Source: a virus (taxonomy: Duplodnaviria; Caudoviricetes). From it: 64,000 bases of DNA. Of this stretch, positions 56,741 to 64,000 are shown one piece after another. Within the stretch, counting starts at the first letter, position 1. The number at the start of each line of letters is the position of its first letter. Where the stretch lies: IMG/VR virus record IMGVR_UViG_3300027608_000010; one strand, 5' to 3'. The position numbers and the translations under genes are program-made. The notes under the pieces are model-generated. The model worked only from the letters and a program-made list of their open reading frames with translations. It had not been told where the DNA came from and did no database searches.

Positions 56741-57754
56741 ATGAACATGATAGTGAAACCTAACACAAAAGAACAATTAGTAGATTTTATGCTAAAGCAT
56801 ATTAGCCTAGGAACCTACGACAAAAAGTTTTTAGACAATTTGCTACACTTAAATTTTGCAGTTAAGAATCCAATTACAACCAATCAAGCCGAGTTGCTCA
56901 ACAAGATTACATCAAGGTATCATAGACAATTCTTAAAAAAGGATTTGAACAGTGAAGAACTAATTCAGTTACCTTGGACACTACAGCCTATTGAGAGCAG
57001 TGTTCAATTTACGCAAGCATACATATCTATAGCGGATGACAAAGACATTGTTATTCATAGTCCTTACAAAAAAGAATTTGTAAAGACACTAAAGGCCCTA
57101 GAATACATGCAGTGGGATAAAGAAAATAAACTTTGGCATACACCCTGTGCTGAATTTAGGTTAAAGAAGTTAATAGAAATATCACATCATAGTTATTCAA
57201 TTGTCAATTACTGTCCTGTTATTGAAGAAATAATGATCCAACTTAAACTATATGAAGAAGTTAAGTATTGGAATCCAACATTGATTGAACGCAATGGTAA
57301 TTACTATGTTGTTGCATGTAACAAAGTACTGTATGAGAAAATCAAAGACATTGACTTGAATGAAGATCCTACAACTATTGCAAAATTAGTGCGCTTGGGT
57401 ATTAAAATTGATGTGGTTGCAGACAAGGTTGCAACAGAATTCAACACACAACTAGAATACTACGATATTAAATATATTATTGAGTCATTACAACGAATAG
57501 GTGCTGACTATGTGATACTAAATCAAATGTACGGTGTCAACAAATCTTATATGATGGAAGTTGCTAATCATTTGAAGGCAAATAAAATCAAACATATGAT
57601 TAGAACTAAAGGCCCAGAATCTTTCAAAGAAGATTTACGACAATATGAAATGCCAGTGAAGTTAAATTTCGGCATGATTAAAGCAGAAGATGGAATAAAA
57701 TACTTAGGAAAAATAATTGGTTTAACAAATAGTGTACCAATCGAGGTCAAATGA
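56741..57754 (+). CDS. Hypothetical protein
   Basis: 337-aa ORF coupled to uvsW. Confidence 0.65.
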   Translation: MNMIVKPNTKEQLVDFMLKHISLGTYDKKFLDNLLHLNFAVKNPITTNQAELLNKITSRYHRQFLKKDLNSEELIQLPWTLQPIESSVQFTQAYISIADDKDIVIHSPYKKEFVKTLKALEYMQWDKENKLWHTPCAEFRLKKLIEISHHSYSIVNYCPVIEEIMIQLKLYEEVKYWNPTLIERNGNYYVVACNKVLYEKIKDIDLNEDPTTIAKLVRLGIKIDVVADKVATEFNTQLEYYDIKYIIESLQRIGADYVILNQMYGVNKSYMMEVANHLKANKIKHMIRTKGPESFKEDLRQYEMPVKLNFGMIKAEDGIKYLGKIIGLTNSVPIEVK

Positions 57755-59208
57755 AACAATGTAAACTGATAATTAAAGACGAGGTCAATGTTAAAATCGA
57801 AGGCTTAGAGTTAGCCGAACGTAAAGCATTGATGAAGAAATTTGAATATGAAAAGCCCGGAGCACGATATCTGCCGAGTGTCCGGCTAGGTCGTTGGAAC
57901 GGTAAAATTAGTTTCTTTAGTCTAGGCGGTAGCAGTTTTGTAAATCTACTACCGGAAATTCTTCCTGTACTTGACATGGCAGGATATGATATTGAGTTGG
58001 AAGATTTACGTGAATACAGTACAACATTCACCTTTAATCAAATCACAGAAAATACATTCAGTCAATATACTTGGCCAAAAGGTCATACTAAAGAAGGTGA
58101 GTCAATAATCTTCCGTGACTATCAAGTAAAGATTGTTAACGATTTTCTAGCAAACCCCCAAGCACTGCAAGAAATTGCAACAGGTGCTGGCAAGACATTG
58201 ATTACAGCCGCATTAAGTTATAGCGTACAGAATTATGGTCGTAGTATTGTTATTGTCCCTAACAAAAGTCTTGTTGTACAGACCGAAGCAGATTACATCA
58301 ATCTTGGATTAGATGTTGGTGTGTATTTTGGTGATAGAAAAGAGTTCGGTAAGACACATACAATCTGTACGTGGCAAAGTCTTAACAATATGCTTAAGAA
58401 AACAAAAGCAGATGAAGCAGAAGTACCTATTGGTGAGTTCTTAGAAGGTGTAGTATGTGTCATGGTTGACGAGGTTCATATGGCCAAGGCTGATGCACTG
58501 AAAGAGTTATTGACTGGGGTAATGAGTAATATTCCGATTCGTTGGGGATTGACTGGTACGATTCCTAAAGCAATATTTGAAGCACAAGCAATTTATGTTA
58601 GTCTTGGTAATGTTATCAATAAGCTAAGTGCAAGTGAATTACAGGACCGCGGTGTGTTAGCACAATGTCATGTGAACATCGTGCAGTTACAAGACAAAGT
58701 AGAGTTTAGCAATTATCAAAGTGAATTAAAGCATTTGCTAGAAGATACTGTACGCCTAGACAAACTGGCTCAACTGGTATTAAATATCAAAGAATCGGGG
58801 AATACACTAGTATTAGTGGACAGGGTAAACGCCGGTAAAGAATTAATTAGCAGATTACCTGATGCTGTGTTTGTTTCGGGTAACACTAATATGATAGAAA
58901 GAAAAGAGGAATACGATGAAATTGCAACCAGCACAAACAAAATCATTGTCGCAACCTACGGTGTGGCAGCGGTTGGTATCAACATACCACGAATATTCAA
59001 CCTTGTTCTTATTGAACCAGGCAAGAGCTTTGTTAGAGTCATCCAAAGTATTGGTAGAGGTATTAGAAAAGCGGATGACAAGGATCACGTTCAAATCTGG
59101 GACCTAACCAGTAGCTGTAAGTTTGCCAAAAGACATTTGACTAAACGTAAAGAGTTTTATCGTGAAGCAAATTACCCTTTTGATATGGAGAAGTTGACAT
59201 ACAAGTAA
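57751..59208 (+). CDS. uvsW: SF2 DNA helicase UvsW-like
   Basis: 'RDYQ', 'ATGAGKT', 'VDEVH', 'GLTGT', 'GINIP', 'QSIGRGIR'. Confidence 0.93.
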   Translation: MKQCKLIIKDEVNVKIEGLELAERKALMKKFEYEKPGARYLPSVRLGRWNGKISFFSLGGSSFVNLLPEILPVLDMAGYDIELEDLREYSTTFTFNQITENTFSQYTWPKGHTKEGESIIFRDYQVKIVNDFLANPQALQEIATGAGKTLITAALSYSVQNYGRSIVIVPNKSLVVQTEADYINLGLDVGVYFGDRKEFGKTHTICTWQSLNNMLKKTKADEAEVPIGEFLEGVVCVMVDEVHMAKADALKELLTGVMSNIPIRWGLTGTIPKAIFEAQAIYVSLGNVINKLSASELQDRGVLAQCHVNIVQLQDKVEFSNYQSELKHLLEDTVRLDKLAQLVLNIKESGNTLVLVDRVNAGKELISRLPDAVFVSGNTNMIERKEEYDEIATSTNKIIVATYGVAAVGINIPRIFNLVLIEPGKSFVRVIQSIGRGIRKADDKDHVQIWDLTSSCKFAKRHLTKRKEFYREANYPFDMEKLTYK

Positions 59209-59222
59209 AATTGTGTTACACT
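59194..59222 (+). promoter_or_regulatory. Sigma70-type promoter inside the uvsW 3' end
   Basis: TTGACA-17 nt-TACACT, 7 nt before ATG 59230. Confidence 0.6.
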
Positions 59223-59229
59223 ACATCAT

Positions 59230-59733
59230 ATGAGAATACTAAATTTAGAACACAACGAGTACTACAATCTTGAAACACTTCCTGATGAGGTAGATGATTT
59301 ACGATTTGCAATATTAGATAATAGCAATCCACAGAATGTTGACTATCATTATATCCCTTTGATCTTTTTAGAGAGTTTCAACAGCCCAGCACTTGTACTA
59401 CGTATCGGTGATAGAACAGTAAAGATGCCTGTTGATTGGCAGATACTGATCGGTGAACCTGACATGGGTGACTTAGAAACACTTCCACTAACAAGTATTA
59501 ATGATAGGGGATTTAAAGCATTTGAATTTAACCCATTAAGTGCGTTTAGACCTAGCTTCCAAGACATTGAGATTGTGGACATTTACCATGATGTAATTTG
59601 GTATGCACCCCGACTAAAGAACGGACAATTTTTATGTGTACCGATTGATGATGGACACAAACCACGCTGTGTTTATTTTGTTAAAGAAGTTAGTAGAAAT
59701 TGTGAAATAATAGATTACGATCAGGCATTTTAA
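59230..59733 (+). CDS. Hypothetical beta-rich protein
   Basis: 167 aa; own promoter; TAATG coupling downstream. Confidence 0.65.
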   Translation: MRILNLEHNEYYNLETLPDEVDDLRFAILDNSNPQNVDYHYIPLIFLESFNSPALVLRIGDRTVKMPVDWQILIGEPDMGDLETLPLTSINDRGFKAFEFNPLSAFRPSFQDIEIVDIYHDVIWYAPRLKNGQFLCVPIDDGHKPRCVYFVKEVSRNCEIIDYDQAF

Positions 59734-60320
59734 TGGCAACTAAAACTCCAGTTGATGAGAAATTTGAAAAAGTAGACTTTGATTTATTTGATGCATTATC
59801 CGCAATGGATAAGAAAGACTATGCTTACTATGATAGATTGACTGAAGAACAACAAAAGAAGTTTGTACCGTATATGATGACCCATTGGATGAGTGCTATT
59901 AAAGCAAATGCAGGACTAAGTTCGTATTACTTAATGAACACTGACTACACTGCAAACAAGCATCTATTCAATGAGTACGTGCAGAAACATCCCAAGCTAC
60001 AATGGTTGATGCTATGTGCGGCAAGCCCTGGCTTGGGTAAGCAGTTTCATCAATGGATACCTCATCTGTCAGGTAAGATAGCACAATTAAAAGAATCACC
60101 TAAAGAAAAAGATATTCGTGATTACTTTACTAAAATATATCCCAAAGCAAGTGGTGCAAATTTATATGCTATCAGTGAAGAATTTGTGGTGTCACAAAAG
60201 AAAAAAGTTTATCTAGCAAAAGAATTCCCTCATCTTAAGATAGAAGATATTGAAACACTAGCCGCAATCACCACTGACAAAGATATAGCACAGTATGAAA
60301 AAGACCACGGAAACGATTGA
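59733..60320 (+). CDS. Hypothetical protein, possibly clamp-loader small subunit-like
   Basis: 'DLFDAL..MDKKD..YYD.LTEEQQKKFVPYM..WMS' loosely recalls gp62-type N-termini. Weak. Confidence 0.35.
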   Translation: MATKTPVDEKFEKVDFDLFDALSAMDKKDYAYYDRLTEEQQKKFVPYMMTHWMSAIKANAGLSSYYLMNTDYTANKHLFNEYVQKHPKLQWLMLCAASPGLGKQFHQWIPHLSGKIAQLKESPKEKDIRDYFTKIYPKASGANLYAISEEFVVSQKKKVYLAKEFPHLKIEDIETLAAITTDKDIAQYEKDHGND

Positions 60321-60999
60321 GATTAAACATAGTTGTGAATTTTGCAAACGTGAGTTTGTAAAAGAACGCACATTGTTTAGCCATCTATGTGAACAAAAGC
60401 AACGCTGGCAAAATCGTGACCAATTGGGTAATAGATTGGGCTTTCAATCTTGGTTACAATTCTATTCTAAGAATAGCATGAGTAAGACTAAGAACAAAAC
60501 ACATGAAGAATTTATTAAGAACGCTTACTACATTCCCTTTGTGAAGTTTGGTAACTATTGTGCAGATGTAAATGTTATTAATGTGAGTAGATATGTTGAT
60601 TGGTTACTAAAGAACAATATTAAGATTGACAGTTGGATTAGTGATACAACATATACTAGGTTTTTGATAGAATATATACGACATGAAGATCCGTTTGATG
60701 CAATACATCGAGGAGTTGAGACATGTATGCGACTATCAGAAGCAGATAGAATTCAACCACATGATATATTGCGATATGGTAATGCAAACAGAATCTGTTT
60801 AGAAATTACTAAAGGTAAGATTAGTCCCTGGATGCTTTACTGTAGTGATAGCGGTACTAAATTTTTAGATACATTAAGTCCAGAACAAGTAAAAATCATT
60901 ATGGATTACATTAATCCAGAACAATGGGCATTGAAATTTCATCGTGAACCAGACCTTAAACAACAAATTAAAGACACCCTTCGTATCGCAGGCTACTAA
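60295..60999 (+). CDS. Zinc-finger-containing hypothetical protein
   Basis: 'CEFCKREFVKERTLFSHLC' C2HC finger. Confidence 0.6.
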   Translation: MKKTTETIEIKHSCEFCKREFVKERTLFSHLCEQKQRWQNRDQLGNRLGFQSWLQFYSKNSMSKTKNKTHEEFIKNAYYIPFVKFGNYCADVNVINVSRYVDWLLKNNIKIDSWISDTTYTRFLIEYIRHEDPFDAIHRGVETCMRLSEADRIQPHDILRYGNANRICLEITKGKISPWMLYCSDSGTKFLDTLSPEQVKIIMDYINPEQWALKFHREPDLKQQIKDTLRIAGY

Positions 61000-61180
61000 A
61001 GTTCGTCTTCCCTGGAAGAAAGGTGATTCTATAGCCCGATGGGACGAAACCTGTATATGGGCTATGGAACAGTTTGGGTTACCCGGAGACAAATATAGTA
61101 CTCATCCCACTGAGAATTATATGGATTTTTATTTCCAAGATGAGAAAGACGCTATACATTTCAGTCTCAGGTGGTTATAA
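60944..61180 (+). CDS. Small paralog-family protein
   Basis: 'W..EQFG.PG...DFYFQDEKDAIHFSLRWL'; start uncertain. Confidence 0.6.
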   Translation: MNQTLNNKLKTPFVSQATKVRLPWKKGDSIARWDETCIWAMEQFGLPGDKYSTHPTENYMDFYFQDEKDAIHFSLRWL

Positions 61181-61214
61181 TAGTGTAATATTTGCTTGAC
61201 TAAATATTATACTA

Positions 61215-61859
61215 ATGAAGCCCACAATTGCCCTTTTTGTAGCAGATCCAAAATGCTCAGTACAAAGTTCCAATGGAATAATGAGTTCTTTGGGCAATAA
61301 GTATAACTTCAAATTATTTTCTAAAAATGCCCTAGAAAAAGACTTCTTTAAAGGAGTTGATATGGTTGCTGTTCCTGGAGGATTTGGAGATAGTGACAGT
61401 TATGAGAAACTATTTGAACACAGCGGGAAAAGAGTAATTGACTTTGTTAACAATGGTGGCAGATATCTGGGTATATGCATGGGCGCATATTGGGCAGGTT
61501 CGCACTATTTCTCTTTACTTAAAAGCGTAGATGCTGTACAATATCTCAAGCGCCCGGGAACTGATACACGTAGACCACATGCAAAGAACATGCCTATCAC
61601 TTGGAGAGACGAGCCAATGAAAATGTTCTGGTATGATGGATGTGCATTAGTGGGCGATGACACAAAGTTTGAGACAGTTGCTACTTATAGTAATGGAGAT
61701 GCAATGGCTATATTTCAAAACAGATTAGGATTGATTGGGTGTCACCCAGAGAGTCAACCATTCTGGTATGAAAGCTATAGCTGGATGAAAGCACATTACC
61801 ATGATGGCGTACATCACAAACTTCTATTAAATTTTACGAATGAATTAATGCAACGATGA
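61215..61859 (+). CDS. Class I glutamine amidotransferase-like (BPL_N-type) protein
   Basis: 'VPGG', nucleophile elbow 'YLGICMGAY', 'GCHPE'. Confidence 0.8.
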   Translation: MKPTIALFVADPKCSVQSSNGIMSSLGNKYNFKLFSKNALEKDFFKGVDMVAVPGGFGDSDSYEKLFEHSGKRVIDFVNNGGRYLGICMGAYWAGSHYFSLLKSVDAVQYLKRPGTDTRRPHAKNMPITWRDEPMKMFWYDGCALVGDDTKFETVATYSNGDAMAIFQNRLGLIGCHPESQPFWYESYSWMKAHYHDGVHHKLLLNFTNELMQR

Positions 61860-62113
61860 GAGGCTATAATCCGGCAGATGAATCCTTTGAAGAATGGGAT
61901 CGTGACCGAAAAGCTAGAAGATGGAAGTATTGGGCGGCTGTACGAAAATTGAAGGCTCAATTTGATAGAAAAGATTCTAGCTTACTATTCAATCAATGGA
62001 TGTTACAAACATTTGGAATTAGAATCATTTACAATAATGAGGGGCATTTAACTGAAAACTATGAAGTTATTGACGAAAAAAAATATCTATTCTTTGTACT
62101 AAAATACCTATGA
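61856..62113 (+). CDS. Small paralog-family protein
   Basis: Ends 'DEKKYLFFVLKYL'; ATGA coupling. Confidence 0.55.
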   Translation: MRGYNPADESFEEWDRDRKARRWKYWAAVRKLKAQFDRKDSSLLFNQWMLQTFGIRIIYNNEGHLTENYEVIDEKKYLFFVLKYL

Positions 62114-62367
62114 CACTAGAAGATGAAATTGTTGAGAGTTTAGCCAGAGAATACTCTGAACAGCTTGACTTTGATATTACAAAAGACTTGTTGACTGATT
62201 CAGGTTGGTACACTATTGAGTTGTCAACGTTGATAAGTAGAGAACAGTCAATTGATATCAAAGATTGGGTATCAGAAAAAGTTAAAGAAGGTTTTGTATC
62301 CAGAGGAAAAACATTTATATTCAAGTCTAAAAAAGAAGCTGAATGGTTCAGTCTGCGATGGCAATGA
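62110..62367 (+). CDS. Small paralog-family protein
   Basis: Ends 'FIFKSKKEAEWFSLRWQ'. Confidence 0.65.
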   Translation: MTLEDEIVESLAREYSEQLDFDITKDLLTDSGWYTIELSTLISREQSIDIKDWVSEKVKEGFVSRGKTFIFKSKKEAEWFSLRWQ

Positions 62368-62669
62368 TTAAAAAAAGACAAATGACTAATAAGTTATATG
62401 GATCTAACGGCGGTTGGGCGGCAATACGTAGTGTGAACTATGCAGGCATAGGATATGCGTATGACATGCCCTATCATCAGATTGATCCTATAATATCACC
62501 GAATGAATGGAACAAAATGACTGCTTGGTGTGTATCTGTATTCGGACCCAGTGGCACACCCGGCGCACCCGGTGTATGGACGCCCGGTGATAGATGGTAT
62601 GCTAACAATGCTAAGTTTTGGTTTAGAGACAAGCCGGATTGCGAATGGTTTTTATTGAGATGGCAATGA
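62358..62669 (+). CDS. Small paralog-family protein
   Basis: 'WCVSVFGP.G...RW...FWFRDKPDCEWFLLRWQ'; start 62358 or 62364. Confidence 0.65.
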   Translation: MAMIKKRQMTNKLYGSNGGWAAIRSVNYAGIGYAYDMPYHQIDPIISPNEWNKMTAWCVSVFGPSGTPGAPGVWTPGDRWYANNAKFWFRDKPDCEWFLLRWQ

Positions 62670-62884
62670 TTAATTTAGAAGAATGGAAAATGACTGATAC
62701 GGGTTATGTTCGTACTGTTGAGAGTACGGACATTCTATTGCCATCAGCATTAAGAGCAGACATATACGATTGGTGCTGGGAAAAGAGTATACTTGTAGCA
62801 TTAGAAGGCACAATGGCGGGCATGGATGTTTGGAGTGTCAAAGATGAGAAACAACGTATGTGGTTTCAATTGAGATGGCAATAA
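62660..62884 (+). CDS. Small paralog-family protein
   Basis: 'DWC...VKDEKQRMWFQLRWQ'; start 62660 or 62666. Confidence 0.65.
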   Translation: MAMINLEEWKMTDTGYVRTVESTDILLPSALRADIYDWCWEKSILVALEGTMAGMDVWSVKDEKQRMWFQLRWQ

Positions 62885-63123
62885 CTATTAAACTTAAAAA
62901 TAGATTAACGGCAAGAGAAGAACAATGGCTAGCAAAGAATATTGGGCCTAGATTGCATTACATTCATAACAGTATCGGTGGACAGGGCTGGATAGCAAAA
63001 CATACATGGGATCCGGGAGTAGTTAATAAACATTGGACTCAGAATTCAAAAAGTAAACATTGGACCCTTACATTTGAAAATGAAAGCTATGCTAGTTTCT
63101 TTTTAATAAAATTTCCACAATGA
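62875..63123 (+). CDS. Small paralog-family protein
   Basis: 'LTFENESYASFFLIKFPQ'; ATG 62875 lies inside the upstream RWQ codons. Confidence 0.6.
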   Translation: MAITIKLKNRLTAREEQWLAKNIGPRLHYIHNSIGGQGWIAKHTWDPGVVNKHWTQNSKSKHWTLTFENESYASFFLIKFPQ

Positions 63124-63338
63124 TAACTGTAACTTTAATAGACAAACAACCCAACGAGGTTATGGAAATAGTGCGTGAGTTGCGTAGTAAAGGATATCTC
63201 CAAGGTATTGAATTTGACTTTGAATATCATAAACCCGTTTTTAATGACTGGAGTGGAGATAACGTGTACAATAGATACACTGTATTCAAATTCTATAAAG
63301 AATCACTTGCAACCTGGTTTACACTAAAATATCAATAA
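63120..63338 (+). CDS. Small paralog-family protein
   Basis: 'FKFYKESLATWFTLKYQ'. Confidence 0.6.
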   Translation: MITVTLIDKQPNEVMEIVRELRSKGYLQGIEFDFEYHKPVFNDWSGDNVYNRYTVFKFYKESLATWFTLKYQ

Positions 63339-63601
63339 TGGCTATACAACATATTAACGGGATATTAAGAAAAGTTTCAGTAGGCCAAGAATTTAAAAGT
63401 GTAGAAGTTACTGGAAACAAAACATATTATAGAATTTATTATGGAAAAAGAAAAGATTATCCGAATGACCATATCAAATGGTGTCGCAGAAATTTAGGTG
63501 AGCGTGGAGTAGGATGGGACTTTACTTTTATATCTAACATGTTGACTATAGAGATATGGGATGATAAATTGAAATTCATGTATGAAATTTGGAAACAATA
63601 A
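63338..63601 (+). CDS. Small paralog-family protein
   Basis: 'KWCRRNLGERG..WDF...IEIWDDKLKFMYEIWKQ'. Confidence 0.6.
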   Translation: MAIQHINGILRKVSVGQEFKSVEVTGNKTYYRIYYGKRKDYPNDHIKWCRRNLGERGVGWDFTFISNMLTIEIWDDKLKFMYEIWKQ

Positions 63602-63846
63602 TGGAACTGACTCAAAAGAAATATCTATATCCTGGATCAAAAACAACATTTTATACTGTTAATTGGGTCCGTAGCATTGAACACACTAACAAAGATATAC
63701 AGAAATGGTGTAGGAAAACATTCGGCAAACCCGGATACAATGACAAGTTAGAAATGGTTCGTTGGACTGATAATATCAGTGAATCAAATAGCATAACTTT
63801 TTTACAAGAATCAGACTTTATGATGTTTCTATTAAGGTGGCAGTAA
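63601..63846 (+). CDS. Small paralog-family protein
   Basis: 'KWCRKTFG.PG...RW...ITFLQESDFMMFLLRWQ'; TAATG coupling. Confidence 0.65.
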   Translation: MELTQKKYLYPGSKTTFYTVNWVRSIEHTNKDIQKWCRKTFGKPGYNDKLEMVRWTDNISESNSITFLQESDFMMFLLRWQ

Positions 63847-63847
63847 T

Positions 63848-64000
63848 ATGGCAATGGATATAATGATAGATATTGAAAGTTTGAACACAACACCTGATTG
63901 TGTTATACTTACAATTGGTGCTGTACGTTTTGATCCTAAAGGTAGTGGGATAGTAGAGAAGTTAGAACTAAGACCTACTATTGAGGATCAAACTGAAATC
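63848..64000 (+). CDS. DEDDh 3'-5' exonuclease-like protein, 3'-truncated by the window (not in ORF track)
   Basis: MAMDIMIDIESLNTTPDCVILTIGAVRFDP... shows ExoI motif 'DIE' and 'IGAV.FD'. Confidence 0.75.
   Translation, partial: MAMDIMIDIESLNTTPDCVILTIGAVRFDPKGSGIVEKLELRPTIEDQTEI

Noticed and set aside
38054-59208. Introns or inteins in thyA, terminase, uvsX or uvsW
   Set aside because: All have normal lengths with contiguous motifs.
3615-63893. Numerous 60-156 aa ORF-track ORFs nested in or antisense to long genes
   Set aside because: They are shadows of well-supported genes on the opposite strand or in another frame, with no RBS or motif support.
1-64000. Stop-codon reassignment
   Set aside because: Long genes, including the >2100-aa ORF, are intact and tightly packed under the standard code.

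Overview
This is a 64 kb, AT-rich, gene-dense segment of a large T4-like (myovirus or jumbo-type) phage genome, read in the standard code and mostly on the + strand. From start to end it contains: (1) virion baseplate and tail genes (1-9.9 kb); (2) an ~18 kb glycan and small-molecule modification locus (9.9-28.3 kb) with glycosyltransferase-like genes, a radical SAM enzyme, SGNH-like proteins and a carbamoyltransferase, plus a tight cluster of nucleotidyltransferase, cupin, RuBisCO-like protein, kinase-like protein, EEVS-type sugar-phosphate cyclase and SDR; (3) an early host-interaction region carrying a circularly permuted two-piece tmRNA (tag ANDSQFALAA), a 23-aa PqqA precursor gene missing from the ORF track, an outer-membrane beta-barrel and a MoxR-AAA/VWA pair; (4) DHFR, ThyA, an epimerase, spanins and a signal-peptide nuclease; (5) head-related genes, the terminase large subunit and a 1046-aa protein built of modules separated by a DNA-conserved QGVAEG junction; (6) the gp32/UvsX/UvsY/UvsW recombination block; (7) a tandem array of small paralogous ORFs ending in F-x-L-R-W-Q. 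The spanins indicate a Gram-negative host. The PqqA and tmRNA tag sequences suggest a betaproteobacterium (inference). All product calls come from motif recognition by eye; no searches were run.
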